This document shows, in pieces, positions 37,478 through 48,512 of a stretch of 64,000 nt of DNA. The stretch is from an archaeon (GTDB lineage Archaea > Methanobacteriota_B > Thermococci > Methanofastidiosales > NM3). Every line of letters begins with the position of its first letter. The first letter of the stretch is position 1. The notes beneath the pieces were generated by a model, which saw only the letters and a program-made list of their open reading frames with translations, was not told the DNA's origin and searched no databases. Location: NCBI GenBank assembly GCA_004212155.1, contig RXIG01000008.1:1-64000 (forward strand), in the 5' to 3' direction. A program made the translations under genes and the position numbers.

Positions 37478-40400
37478 TTAGGAGATTGTGATTGTACAAT
37501 CATCGTCGCAGTATATCCAGTATCCATGCCATGGATTGAACTCATCAAATCCGCTTGCAAATCGCCCACGCGGGTCGTAGAGCTGTGCCTGGTTCGTTGG
37601 CGATCCAGCGACCTCGTCGGGGAGGTACGTCCACATGAGGTTGACCGTTCCTGGCACTGAAGCATCCAATGCCGTTGCGATGTCGTTGTTTGCTGTCAGC
37701 AGGTTGTAGCCTATCAGGCTCCACTGGCCACCGGTGATGTCAATAGAGCGAGAGGTAGTACTCTCTTCTCCTACCACTGTAAGCTCTGCAAGCCCATTTA
37801 GTCGTATCCAGTAGCCGCGGTCATGTTCCGGATATTTCACGGTCGATGACTTTACGCTAGATGTGTCAGGGTAGTCGTAGTATTCGTAGTATTCGTCAGT
37901 GCCATTGTACTGAGCGATCTTGTCCCATGTCGAGTAATCTATGCCACTCGCATAGAGCAGTGCGGGCCATGGCACGTCCTCTGGCACGAGCACGGGGAAC
38001 GACATCATGTACCAGCCAGCCTCAGGGAACGTTAGGTCGGATGATGTGCCAGGTTCGAGTACTAGAGACACAGTATCTGAGTCGCCCACTTCTACCACGA
38101 ACTCAGACGCATCCATTATCATGTCAGCGTCGTTATCCGAGGCACATGCAACATACGTTTCACCATCGCCATCCGTTGGGAGATTGGTAAACGTAGCAAT
38201 ACCTGAACCATTGGTTGCGGCCTCGCCAAAGTATTCGTATACTTGTGTTGATTCATTGAAGTGCCATATCGTCACTAGTGCCCCCACATATGAGCTCGCT
38301 GAATCATCAGTGACAGTGACCTCGAGATCGCCAAATCCTGCAACGCTCATGTCAAGACTGATGTCCTGAGTTATGGTGTCTCCTGGATTAACAACCACGC
38401 CATTCACTACTTCTGTAACGAATCCTAACTTGCTGAATTCGAGATCGTAGGTAGCGTCCGGCAAGTCGTTGACGCTGTATGTACCATCACCAAGTGTGGA
38501 AGCGTAGTACTCGTCCGTTGTAGATGTATTTGTTGCTTTTACTGTTACACCCTGTATGGGGGTCGTACCGTCCATCTGCGTAACTGTACCATTTATGATA
38601 CCAAGCGTAGAGGATGATTCATTGATGGTAGCAGTTATGTAGTAACTATCCCAATCATCGTAATCGAGCGTTACCCATTTGGTGGTTACATCGTAGCCCG
38701 TCTTGGAGAACTTGACGAACCAGGTACCAAGGGGTACGCCCGTTTCATTGTCGTCGTTATCTCCGTCGTAGTTAAGGTCAGCATGCTCCCATCCAGATGT
38801 GTCCCAGTTGCCGCTACTATCAGTCTGTGTAGTGAACCGTGGCGTAGAGAAGTCATCTGGAGAGAACCATTCTACGTCCGCACCTTGAACTGGATTGGAG
38901 CCGTCATCTACACTACCTGTGACATTTACGAAGTAGCGTGACATCGGTATGTCCTGTTCGATGATGTCGCCCTCAGAGATGACGATCGGGTCCTCAATCT
39001 GCCAGTCTTGGTACTCTGGTAGTTCAGTGCCATCCACGATCTGAACACACTGGAGCGTGTACGTTCCAACAGGCAGGCTTGGCACCGAGTAGAACCCGGT
39101 ATCATCGGTGAATGCCTCGAACGTGCCTACGCCATTCTTAACAGCGATGATCTTGGCGTTGATGACCTTGTCGCCCGCATCCTTGACACCATTTCCATTC
39201 ACGTCCTCGAAGACGTATCCGCTTATGGTGTTCGTGAGCTTGTTGAGCGAGTAGTTCATGGTGTTGAGGCCAAGCTCGACGGTCGTGTATTCCTCGTGAG
39301 ACTCGTACCCGGCAGCGTTTACCTCTACGAGGTAGGTCTCATCAGCAGTGAGGCCCTCGAGTATGTAGAATCCGAAGCTATCGGTGTCTTCGGAAACACT
39401 GTCAGCGGTCACACTGGCATTGACGATACCCTCCGTCTTGGGCACGGAGGCATCGACATCATAGTCATTCTCGCCATCTGCATCGAAATATACTTCCCCA
39501 TAAAGATATGCAGAAGTATAAGATGTCGTCTTGTAGAGTGGGAAGTCGATCCACTGGCCACTGCCCTCCACCATGGGTAGATTCCTCTGTATGCCTGGCT
39601 CGTATATTCCTTCATCTGCGAGATCGCCCGCCACGATGGTCATCTTCGTCGTCGAGCTGTTTATCTGTGAAGACACTTCGTTGATAATATAGTATCCAGT
39701 TGAATCGGTCTCGGCCTTGAGCCCCGCGGATGCCACATCGTTGTTGACACCTGAGCCGGGGATATAGACCGGCATGTCAGGGATGCGCTCGTTCTCATCG
39801 ACGACGCCGTTGTTGTTCATGTCCCAGAAGGCGATACCCTCTATCCATGAGTCATACGGTGTCGATGGTGTCGATGGAAGCTCGATCATGACCTGTGTGT
39901 TTGTCGCTTGGTCCCGTGCCACCGTCATGGTGTACTGCTGCGGCGTGGTACCAGTGATCTCTTCCTTTGCGGTCACATGGTAGGTCCTGCCGCCATCGTT
40001 TGGCACATCCATGAAGACGAAGTTGTAATCATCTCCATTTATGTCGTTGTTGGTGGAGCTAGAGCTATAAACTGTGCGACCAAGTCCGGGGATTGATACC
40101 TCGACATTTTCAACTTCCTCGCCTGGCTGATAAGCTGGGTCACTATTATTGTTTCGCCAAACGATACCGTAAAGGTTGTTGTCAGGCATCGTTGTCTCGT
40201 CCCAGAGCGCGAAGTGTTCGGTGACTATCGCCCTGCCTGGGACGACCACATCGTAGCGCTCCTTGGTCACATAATCGGTGGTATTCGGCTCCATGGGTGC
40301 CTGGAGCGTGTAGGTGCCACGGTTGGCCACGAGTACGTACCATCCGTTGCTGTCGGTAACACCCGTTTCCTCATTGGATGGGATATCGTCGTCCATGGCT

Positions 40401-43400
40401 AGCACTTCTATTCCCTCGATGCCATCGTTTGTGGACGAGTCACGGACGTAGCCCATGATAAGCCCTTCCTCCTTCTCGATGAGGAAGTCGACACCGGATG
40501 TGGTGCCTCCGTGCACGATATCCACATCATACACAGCTGCAAGAGAGTAGTCCTGCTTCGTGCATGTCACGGTGTATCCAATGTATGGCAGATTGGAGTA
40601 GAGGCCGTTGATGTAGTAGGCCCCGTTGATGTCGGTCGTGACCTGTCGGCCAGCGATGCTCACGGTGGCATTGCGCACGGGCACATCGATCGTGTCATCG
40701 TAGACACCGTTGTGATTGACGTCCTCGTAGACGTGGCCCTTGAGCGCGCCATCCTTCTCGAGCGTGTAGTCGATGTTGTCGGTCTCGTGGCCAGCCGTCA
40801 CGGGGACGTTGTACTGTATCTGCGAGACGTAAAACGGCTTGCTCGCCTGGATGGCGTAGTTTGCTGGGACGACATCAAGCAGGATCCAGAATCCCTCGAT
40901 GTCGGACCATGTGGCATTGTCGCTGTTTTGTATCCAGACCTCGGTCTCGGCGTTGATGTCGTTGAGCGAGAGCTCGACATCGCCCGATACCGAGCCTGTC
41001 ACCGGCAGCGGATCGGCCTTGTCCATCGGGTATCCGATATCGGTTGTGACATCGTCGAAGTATACCTCTTCATATACTAGTATATTATTACAGAGGAGGT
41101 ATGGCTCCGGGTCGGGCGTATGATTCTTGTAGAGGTCCGGGTCCGGCGCGGGTGGTGACGTGGATTCATACTTCTCGACATCGTAACCGTTGAGCTCTGC
41201 TATGCCCGTGTACCTGTTGATCTCTCGACCAAGGTCGAGCGTGAAGTCCTTCGTTATTGGTACATCGAGTATGGTGTAGTAGCCGGTCGTGTCGGACGTA
41301 GCGGCAAACATGCGCGATAACGACACGTTGGCGTCGGGCAGGGGGATATCCGTTGGCGGATCGTACGTTAGATTATCATCCTTGTCCTCCCAGACGTACC
41401 CCTCGACGCGTCCTGTCTCACGTGTCGGTGATACGTTCTTGGTCACGGTCGACGATATGGTCACGTAGTTGAACTCGTATTCGTACCATGGGTTTCCATA
41501 ATCGTCACCATCATACTTTTGCATGATGAGTAGATGACGCCCTTTGGGTATGGAGTTATCCTCTAGACCCATTTGATCGGCAAAGGCATAGTTCCCGTAA
41601 AAATCACTGTACGTATACCTTAGGGCATCGAGAGGACGCCATGAATTTTCATATCCGGGTGTCCAAAGTATGGACTCATCAACTGGGTCGCCGTCCTCGG
41701 TCACCCTGCCAACAAGTTCGCCCGTCAGGCGCTGCATTTCAACGTTATTGTCAGGATTCTCCTCATCAGCGATTACGCCCATCATTGCGGGTGCGACCCA
41801 CCAGTCGTAATCATCCTTGTAGGCCACCATGTTGTGGTCGCCTGCATCGGCCTTTACGAAGTAGAAGCCGAAATCATCTGAGGTCACTGACGGATATCCA
41901 GGTATCTCGACGGTAACGCCAGAGAGTCCCTCTCCTTCTTCGAACGCGTCTGTACCGTTGGTGTCCTCGTATGCGACGCCTGAAACGTAGCCGTAATTGG
42001 ATACCGTCTCATCAGGGAGTGCGTAGCTGCCCTGGAAGTTGCATACTGACTGAGCGCCGCTCGAGACGGTAATGCCCGTCCTGACGACCACATCGTGTGT
42101 CGTTTCCTCGTAGTCGCCCGCACCGCCATCATCCGCCACGACGGTGTATGAGCCTACAGGCACCTGCACGAACTCGTAGATGCCGCTGTCATCGGTGATG
42201 GCCTCACGGCCGTATGCACGGACGCGTGCGCCCTCGATCGCGGTGTTGCTTCCGCGGTCGTAGACAACGCCCTTGATGATACCCGTCCTTCGAACGATCG
42301 TTATGTCATATGAGTTGTCAAACGATTCGTTTGCTGGCAGCGGCGTGACCGTGAGCGTGTTGGTGTAGTAGTCCGGTTCGTTCGTCTTGACGATCACATC
42401 GTCAACGTAGTAGCATATCGACGAGGATTCGTAGTCGTACACTGAGTAACGCTCGATGTTGATACCCTCAAGCACATACCAGCCATTGACGTCGGTCAGG
42501 GAGGAAATGGTGGTATTTGGTATCGACACTGAAACGTTTTCTACAGGCAGACCATCCTTGTCAAGGATCTGTCCAACGATGAAGCCTGGGTTCTCCTCGA
42601 GCTGGAAGTTGGTCTCCGCGTTGAGATTGGGTATCACCTCGACGCGCTCCTTGGCCGTCTTGTGGTCGAGAAGGCCCTCATATTCGCTTTCCTCAAGCTC
42701 GCAGTCGATCGGTGGGCACGGGTCGGTCACGACGACATCATACTCGCCGTTTGGCACTTCCTCGAAGAAGTAGTACCCTGCCCTGTCGGTCGCCGTTGCA
42801 AGACCGAGGCCCGGCACCTCGACCGTTGCGGCCTCGATCGGGTTGCCGTTCACGTCGGTGACGATGCCCGATATGTAGCCGTTGGTCGGTGTGAGCGGTT
42901 CTGGTGAGAGGTTGAAGTCGGCTGGAACGGGTGTAACGGGTGGACCGGGCTGCACGAACGGACTTAGGGGTCCGCCGTTGAGCCCGAACGCTCCGGAGTC
43001 GTCGTAGTAGAGCACATCGGTCTTGTACCCGTCCTTCTCACAGATCATCGTGTAGCTGCCAGGTGTGACGCCTGTTATCTTATAATACCCATCTGAATCG
43101 GTGATCGCTGAGAGGCCAAGGCCCTTGATCGACACCTCTGCGCCCTCGATGGGCGCGGAGCCGTTCGAGACATGGCCTTCGATCGAACCGAAGTTCTTGC
43201 TTATGGCGAAGTTGATGCCTTCTGTTGTCTGTCCCCGGTAGACACGTACGGCAGTCTTGACCTGCGAGACATACTGGTCCTTGGAGGTCCTGATGTCATA
43301 CGTGTCGGTGGGAAGGCCCTTGAACACGAAGTTTCCGAACTGGTCGGTGCGCACGACGGCATCATCGCCGAGCACATCGGTCGCGAGCGCATGGGTCACG

Positions 43401-43873
43401 TGGTCGAGCGCCTCGACCTTGACGCCTGCGACAGGCGAGCCGGACGTATCGACGACCCGTCCGTAGATCGAGTCCTTGAGATGCATCTCGACCGTCCCTC
43501 CAGCAAGGGCGAGCGTACCGCCGGAGTTGTCGACGTTGTACGACACGGTCTGGAACCCGTCGGCCTTGAACGTGAGGTAGTGAAGCCCATCCCAGTCCAG
43601 GCCGGCAGGAGACCCGGAGAAGACGTCCGTAAACGATCCGTCCCCCGCCGTGGTCGCACCGGCCGATCCGGCATTATCAAGATAGACGCCGATGCCCTCG
43701 AGACCCTCTCCGGAATCGAACTCATCGTTGCCATTGAAGTCGAACCAAACCGCGTCCGCATCCCCTGTGATAGCGTTTGCGGCCTTGGCCGGTTCGGCAT
43801 TAATATATACTAAACTTAGAAGTATTATGGCTCCTATGAAAAGAGACACGCCCTTTTTCATCTTTTCTTTCAT
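37478..43873 (-). CDS. Giant (2131 aa) secreted protein with many carboxypeptidase-regulatory-like / SdrD-B-like repeats
   Basis: Signal peptide; repeated I.G.V.D..G.PI.GA.V...TD..G.Y....VP.G.Y; EDxNxNGxxD Ca-binding-like loops. Confidence 0.88.
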   Translation of the reverse strand: MKEKMKKGVSLFIGAIILLSLVYINAEPAKAANAITGDADAVWFDFNGNDEFDSGEGLEGIGVYLDNAGSAGATTAGDGSFTDVFSGSPAGLDWDGLHYLTFKADGFQTVSYNVDNSGGTLALAGGTVEMHLKDSIYGRVVDTSGSPVAGVKVEALDHVTHALATDVLGDDAVVRTDQFGNFVFKGLPTDTYDIRTSKDQYVSQVKTAVRVYRGQTTEGINFAISKNFGSIEGHVSNGSAPIEGAEVSIKGLGLSAITDSDGYYKITGVTPGSYTMICEKDGYKTDVLYYDDSGAFGLNGGPLSPFVQPGPPVTPVPADFNLSPEPLTPTNGYISGIVTDVNGNPIEAATVEVPGLGLATATDRAGYYFFEEVPNGEYDVVVTDPCPPIDCELEESEYEGLLDHKTAKERVEVIPNLNAETNFQLEENPGFIVGQILDKDGLPVENVSVSIPNTTISSLTDVNGWYVLEGINIERYSVYDYESSSICYYVDDVIVKTNEPDYYTNTLTVTPLPANESFDNSYDITIVRRTGIIKGVVYDRGSNTAIEGARVRAYGREAITDDSGIYEFVQVPVGSYTVVADDGGAGDYEETTHDVVVRTGITVSSGAQSVCNFQGSYALPDETVSNYGYVSGVAYEDTNGTDAFEEGEGLSGVTVEIPGYPSVTSDDFGFYFVKADAGDHNMVAYKDDYDWWVAPAMMGVIADEENPDNNVEMQRLTGELVGRVTEDGDPVDESILWTPGYENSWRPLDALRYTYSDFYGNYAFADQMGLEDNSIPKGRHLLIMQKYDGDDYGNPWYEYEFNYVTISSTVTKNVSPTRETGRVEGYVWEDKDDNLTYDPPTDIPLPDANVSLSRMFAATSDTTGYYTILDVPITKDFTLDLGREINRYTGIAELNGYDVEKYESTSPPAPDPDLYKNHTPDPEPYLLCNNILVYEEVYFDDVTTDIGYPMDKADPLPVTGSVSGDVELSLNDINAETEVWIQNSDNATWSDIEGFWILLDVVPANYAIQASKPFYVSQIQYNVPVTAGHETDNIDYTLEKDGALKGHVYEDVNHNGVYDDTIDVPVRNATVSIAGRQVTTDINGAYYINGLYSNLPYIGYTVTCTKQDYSLAAVYDVDIVHGGTTSGVDFLIEKEEGLIMGYVRDSSTNDGIEGIEVLAMDDDIPSNEETGVTDSNGWYVLVANRGTYTLQAPMEPNTTDYVTKERYDVVVPGRAIVTEHFALWDETTMPDNNLYGIVWRNNNSDPAYQPGEEVENVEVSIPGLGRTVYSSSSTNNDINGDDYNFVFMDVPNDGGRTYHVTAKEEITGTTPQQYTMTVARDQATNTQVMIELPSTPSTPYDSWIEGIAFWDMNNNGVVDENERIPDMPVYIPGSGVNNDVASAGLKAETDSTGYYIINEVSSQINSSTTKMTIVAGDLADEGIYEPGIQRNLPMVEGSGQWIDFPLYKTTSYTSAYLYGEVYFDADGENDYDVDASVPKTEGIVNASVTADSVSEDTDSFGFYILEGLTADETYLVEVNAAGYESHEEYTTVELGLNTMNYSLNKLTNTISGYVFEDVNGNGVKDAGDKVINAKIIAVKNGVGTFEAFTDDTGFYSVPSLPVGTYTLQCVQIVDGTELPEYQDWQIEDPIVISEGDIIEQDIPMSRYFVNVTGSVDDGSNPVQGADVEWFSPDDFSTPRFTTQTDSSGNWDTSGWEHADLNYDGDNDDNETGVPLGTWFVKFSKTGYDVTTKWVTLDYDDWDSYYITATINESSSTLGIINGTVTQMDGTTPIQGVTVKATNTSTTDEYYASTLGDGTYSVNDLPDATYDLEFSKLGFVTEVVNGVVVNPGDTITQDISLDMSVAGFGDLEVTVTDDSASSYVGALVTIWHFNESTQVYEYFGEAATNGSGIATFTNLPTDGDGETYVACASDNDADMIMDASEFVVEVGDSDTVSLVLEPGTSSDLTFPEAGWYMMSFPVLVPEDVPWPALLYASGIDYSTWDKIAQYNGTDEYYEYYDYPDTSSVKSSTVKYPEHDRGYWIRLNGLAELTVVGEESTTSRSIDITGGQWSLIGYNLLTANNDIATALDASVPGTVNLMWTYLPDEVAGSPTNQAQLYDPRGRFASGFDEFNPWHGYWIYCDDDCTITIS

Positions 43874-44106
43874 CTTTCATTTCCTCCCAATTGACGATGT
43901 AGTGCTTGAAAATAGGCAATAATTAGGAATATGTCTACCATCCATTCCTAGGAACTCGTGCATTGCCATACACCATGGTATAAGTAATCATTTATTGAAA
44001 CTTTTCCTTTAAATACTTTTTGCAGAACATTTCGAGTAAATAATGTAAAATAAGTAAAAGTAAGAAAAGTATGCAAAAGAAGTAGGAACGGACGGGCACG
44101 CAGGCC

Positions 44107-45213
44107 TCATTCCTTGCGTTCCACGAGATAGTGGACGAAGAGCTTGAGCATATCCTTCGCTTCACACTCGGGAAGCACCTTCCTTGCCTCCTCCCATGAC
44201 GATATGACGAGCGCATCGGCGATCTCCTTGGCGCTCTCGATCGCACCATGTCGCTCGATGATGCCGATCGCCGCGTCAAGCCTTTCCCTCTCGCGGGTGT
44301 GCTGCGAGAGCGTGTCAAGGAGCGTCTGCGCCTCCTCGGGCGGGGCGCGCTGGAGCGTCTTGATCACGAGCAGCGTGATCTTTCCCTCGGTGATGTCGTT
44401 GCCATACGGCTTTCCGAACCGTTCACGGTCCTCGCCCTTCGTGACGATATCGAGAATGTCGTCCTGGATCTGGAACGCGACGCCGACCGACTCGGCGAAC
44501 CGTCCAAGCACGTTCACCGTTTCGTCATCGGCCCCCGAGAGTACGGCGGCAAGCTTGGCCGACATGCGCGCAAGCGTGCCGGTCTTGTAGGCGCACATCT
44601 GTATGTACTGCTCCTCGGATATGGCGTCCGCGCTTCGCTCGCCCCGGTGCCAAGAGATGTCAAGCGCCTGTCCCAGGTGCACGTTGATCATCTCGGTGGA
44701 GTAGATGTTGTAGGCGCGAACGAGCACGTCGTCGGAAAATCCTGCCTTGTTGTTCACGAAGAGGGCAAGCGGGATGAAGTAGAGCGCGTTGCCGGCGTTG
44801 ATCGCCGTGTCGACGCCAAAGAGGGTGTGCAGGCTCTCCTTTCCGCGGCGCATCTCGGAGCCGTCCTCGATGTCGTCGATGATGATGGTGCCGTTGTGCA
44901 CGAGCTCGACGAGCGCGGCATAGTCGCGCGTCCGGTCCCTGTCGCCGCCAAGGGCGTCAACGATAAGCGTGAAGAGGATGGGGCGCCAGCGCTTGCCGCC
45001 GCGGGAGAGGAAGTCCCAGACGGGGCGGGAGATGCCCATCGTGAGCGATTCGGTATCGTAGCCGTATGCAGGCTTTCCCGAAAGCATGTTGACATAGTCC
45101 TCCGTCATCGCACGGGGAAGGGCCTTTTCGAGTATGAGCTCTATGATCTCCTTTCTAGATTCCAAGAATGACTCAAGGTCGTGGCGTGGCACTGGTCTCA
45201 CCACTACCCCCAT
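44107..45213 (-). CDS. Polyprenyl (geranylgeranyl) diphosphate synthase
   Basis: GGKRWRP, DDIED..RRG, KT, FQIQDDILD, DITEGK. Confidence 0.93.
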   Translation of the reverse strand: MGVVVRPVPRHDLESFLESRKEIIELILEKALPRAMTEDYVNMLSGKPAYGYDTESLTMGISRPVWDFLSRGGKRWRPILFTLIVDALGGDRDRTRDYAALVELVHNGTIIIDDIEDGSEMRRGKESLHTLFGVDTAINAGNALYFIPLALFVNNKAGFSDDVLVRAYNIYSTEMINVHLGQALDISWHRGERSADAISEEQYIQMCAYKTGTLARMSAKLAAVLSGADDETVNVLGRFAESVGVAFQIQDDILDIVTKGEDRERFGKPYGNDITEGKITLLVIKTLQRAPPEEAQTLLDTLSQHTRERERLDAAIGIIERHGAIESAKEIADALVISSWEEARKVLPECEAKDMLKLFVHYLVERKE

Positions 45214-45304
45214 CTCACGACGCGCTTAAATAGTTTGTTTAATGTGGGTCCCGGACGCATGTCGCAATCGACGCCATGGTGAAGACGGTCTCCGTGCCGG
45301 CGCC

Positions 45305-46498
45305 TTACTTCCCCTTGCGAGAGAAGTAGTCGTTTGCCACGCGCTGATAGGCGGTGCGAAACGGCACGCCCTGCCTGACGAGCTCGTACGCCTTCTCGGT
45401 TAGGAAGATCTCCTCGGAGAGGCTCGCCTCGCATGCGGATTCGGACACGGCAAGCGTCGACACGACGCGCCCCATCATCGCAAGCGACGAGCTGACAGTG
45501 TCAAGCGATGAGAAGACGACGCCCTTTGTGAGCTGCACGTCGCGGTGGTAGCCCGAGATGAGATTGTGGGTGACCGTTGCCACCTGCATCTCGTTGCCGA
45601 GGATGACCGAGTAGTAGCCGCGTATGACCTCGAGCGCGTCGGGATTGGTCTTTTGCGGCATGATCGACGATCCGGTGGTCATCGAGGTGTCGATGACGAA
45701 GTAGCCAAGGTCAGGGTGGGAAAACAGTATGAGGTCGCTTGCGAGCCTGTTGAGGTCATACATCACGCTCGAGAGCCCGGAGAGCATGAGCTTTTCATGC
45801 TTAGCCCTGCTGAGCTGCGAGTAGATGCCGTTGACATCGATCGAAGGAAGCCCGAGCTCGTCGGCGACGAGTCGGCGGTCGGTGTGGATGGGAAGGCCGT
45901 ATCCCGCGCCGGTGCCCAGCGGATTGGAGCGGATGAGGCGCAACACGCCCTCGATCGTGATGACACTGTCGGTAAGGACGCCGATATAACCCTGCGCCCA
46001 GTCGCGCACCGTGGTGGGCATGGCCTTTCTCGTATGGGTGTGTCCAGCAAACGACACGTCCCCGCGCGAATCCGCCACATCCTGGAGCGCGCCAATGAGG
46101 TCGAGTATCGAGTCGACGATATGGTGCAGCTCGTCGATGTAGCAGAGGCGAAGCGCGCAGAGCACCTGGTCGTTTCGCGAGCGGCATGTATGGATCTTTC
46201 GTCCCGTGTCGCCGAGGCGCTCCACGAGGAAGCGCTCGATGGCGCTATGGCAGTCCTCGTCGTCGGGCGAGAGCGAAAACGTCCCTTTGAGCGCCATCTC
46301 CCTCAGTTCCACAAGCGCATCGGTAAGCATGGAGAGCTCATTGTCGTCGATGATGCCTGCCGCATTGAGGCCCTTGGCGTGGGCTATCGATGCGACGCAG
46401 TCGTAGGGGAGCAGGCGCTCATCGAGCTTCGCATCGCCCGCGGCCGCAAATGCGGAGGCCGCCTCGTCGTGGGCAACGTCCTTATCCCATAGCTTCAT
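45305..46498 (-). CDS. argH: Argininosuccinate lyase
   Basis: EDCHSAIE, RSRNDQV, GSSIMPQKTNPD, GYHRD. Confidence 0.94.
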   Translation of the reverse strand: MKLWDKDVAHDEAASAFAAAGDAKLDERLLPYDCVASIAHAKGLNAAGIIDDNELSMLTDALVELREMALKGTFSLSPDDEDCHSAIERFLVERLGDTGRKIHTCRSRNDQVLCALRLCYIDELHHIVDSILDLIGALQDVADSRGDVSFAGHTHTRKAMPTTVRDWAQGYIGVLTDSVITIEGVLRLIRSNPLGTGAGYGLPIHTDRRLVADELGLPSIDVNGIYSQLSRAKHEKLMLSGLSSVMYDLNRLASDLILFSHPDLGYFVIDTSMTTGSSIMPQKTNPDALEVIRGYYSVILGNEMQVATVTHNLISGYHRDVQLTKGVVFSSLDTVSSSLAMMGRVVSTLAVSESACEASLSEEIFLTEKAYELVRQGVPFRTAYQRVANDYFSRKGK

Positions 46499-47709
46499 TT
46501 TTTACTACCAGCCTTGAGACGCAATCCGAATATGCGAATAAAACCCTTTGCATCCGTCTGGTCGTAGCCGCCATGCTCGTCCATGGAGGCGATGCCGTTG
46601 TCGTAGCGCGATGAGTCGGAGTGGCGTCCGATGACGTGTGCCGCGCCCTTGTAGATGGCCAGGTCGACGTGGCCGTTCACTGCCTTCTGGCTGTGGCGCA
46701 CCGACTGCATGAGGAAGTCGAACTCGGGCGAGAACCACAGCCCATTGTAGATCAGGCGCCCGATCTCGATGGACATCCACTCCTTGTAGTGCTGCACCTC
46801 CTTGTCGAGCGTGAGCGACTCGAGGTCGCGATGCGCATTGAAGAGTATCGTGCCGCCGGGCGTGACGTAGACGCCGCGCGACTTCATCCCCATGAGGCGG
46901 TTTTCCACCATGTCGACGATGCCCACACCGTGCTTCAGGCCGAGCTCGTTGAGATGATCGAACAGCGCGAGCGGTCCCTCGACGCTCGTGCCGGCCTCGA
47001 TGTCCTCCACCTTCACGGGCGCGCCGCCCTTGAAGTGAATGCGGATGAGGTCGGGCTCGTCGGGCGCATCGAACGGATGGGTCCCCTTCTTGAACATGTC
47101 CTTGTCATACGGTCGTCCGGGGTCCTCGAGCACGCCGGCCTCGTAGCTCGTATGCAAGAGATTCTCATCGATCGAAAACGGTTTTCTCAGGGAAACGGGT
47201 ATCGGTATCTCGCACTTTTCCGCATAGGCGATCATGTCCTTGCGGCCCTTGAACTCGGCAAGCCATTCGGGGTCCTTCCACGGGCTGAGTATCTCGGCCT
47301 CCGGCATGAGCGTCATGTAGGCGAGCTCGAAGCGCGCCTGGTCATTGCCCTTGCCGGTGGCACCGTGGCAAAGCACTCCTGCGCCCTCCTCGCGCGCGAT
47401 GCGCACGTGCTCCTTGGCGATGATGGGGCGTGCGACGGCGGTACCGAGGAGATAAACGTTCTCGTAGACGGCATTGGCAGCGATCGCCTCGTAGACGTAG
47501 TCGGTGAGAAACTCCTCCTTGAGGTCGCTCACATAGACCTTTGATGCGCCGCATGCGCGTGCCTTCTCGGCTATCTGGTCGAAGTCGTCGTGCTGGCCCA
47601 CATCGGCGATGTAGGCGATGACATCATAGCCCTTGTCGATGAGCCAGCGCAGGATCACCGACGTGTCAAGACCGCCACTGTAGGCCAAAACCACCTTGTT
47701 ATAATCCAT
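46495..47709 (-). CDS. argG: Argininosuccinate synthase
   Basis: LAYSGGLDTS, HGATGKGNDQ.RFE, ENRL.GMKSRG. Confidence 0.97.
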   Translation of the reverse strand: MDYNKVVLAYSGGLDTSVILRWLIDKGYDVIAYIADVGQHDDFDQIAEKARACGASKVYVSDLKEEFLTDYVYEAIAANAVYENVYLLGTAVARPIIAKEHVRIAREEGAGVLCHGATGKGNDQARFELAYMTLMPEAEILSPWKDPEWLAEFKGRKDMIAYAEKCEIPIPVSLRKPFSIDENLLHTSYEAGVLEDPGRPYDKDMFKKGTHPFDAPDEPDLIRIHFKGGAPVKVEDIEAGTSVEGPLALFDHLNELGLKHGVGIVDMVENRLMGMKSRGVYVTPGGTILFNAHRDLESLTLDKEVQHYKEWMSIEIGRLIYNGLWFSPEFDFLMQSVRHSQKAVNGHVDLAIYKGAAHVIGRHSDSSRYDNGIASMDEHGGYDQTDAKGFIRIFGLRLKAGSKK

Positions 47710-47867
47710 ATGATCACGTGCGTCGACGTAGCAGACACCTCACTTAAAAGTATCGACCAATTTCAAACTGGCACGCAGGATAAGACGGCCATTTTTGACA
47801 TTTCGATATCAAACGCACGTGTCCTTATAATAACATTTTTATATGATATGATACGAGAAGCCACCAT

Positions 47868-48503
47868 ATGAAGACAACGGCGGAGATCACGAAGGAGTAC
47901 ATCGACACGCACCCGTCGATAAAGGACTGCATCAGCAACAACCTTATCAACTACTCGAAGCTTGCCGAGAAGATCGCGCGGGAAAAGGACATCCAGAAGA
48001 AGACGAGCAAGGACGCGATCATCGTGGCCAGCAGGCGCTACTTCGAGCAGCTCAGGCCAAAACGGTCACACGAGGAGGTCATCATGGACATCCTCTCAAA
48101 GAGCGAGCTTGAGATAAAGAACAAGATCATCGTTTTCATCGTGAAAAAGACCGTTCATCCGCGAACGCTCATATCGCTCGAGGACAAGATCAAGAAGGAG
48201 CAGGACATCTACTACAGCATCGAGGGCTCCACCGCCATCACGCTCATCACGACGGAAAAGCACCGTCAGCTGCTCAGGGACGCGCTGGGCGACGACGCCT
48301 TCAAGTCGTCAGAGGACCTGGCGATGATCACGATAAAGAGCCCGCCTGAGCTCGAGACGACGCCGGGCGTCATCGCACACCTCTACTCGCTCTTCGGCGA
48401 GCACGGCATCAACATATGCGAGACCATGAGCTGCTGGACAAACACGATCTTCATCATCAACGAGGCCGACATCGCCCGTGCGATGCAGTTCCTCAACTTC
48501 TAG
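47868..48503 (+). CDS. ACT-domain regulator (COG2150-like, amino-acid metabolism)
   Basis: LINYSKLA N-terminal helical domain; TPGVIA.LY..F.E.GINI.E.MSC ACT domain; divergent from argG. Confidence 0.8.
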   Translation: MKTTAEITKEYIDTHPSIKDCISNNLINYSKLAEKIAREKDIQKKTSKDAIIVASRRYFEQLRPKRSHEEVIMDILSKSELEIKNKIIVFIVKKTVHPRTLISLEDKIKKEQDIYYSIEGSTAITLITTEKHRQLLRDALGDDAFKSSEDLAMITIKSPPELETTPGVIAHLYSLFGEHGINICETMSCWTNTIFIINEADIARAMQFLNF

Positions 48504-48512
48504 GTGGACACC

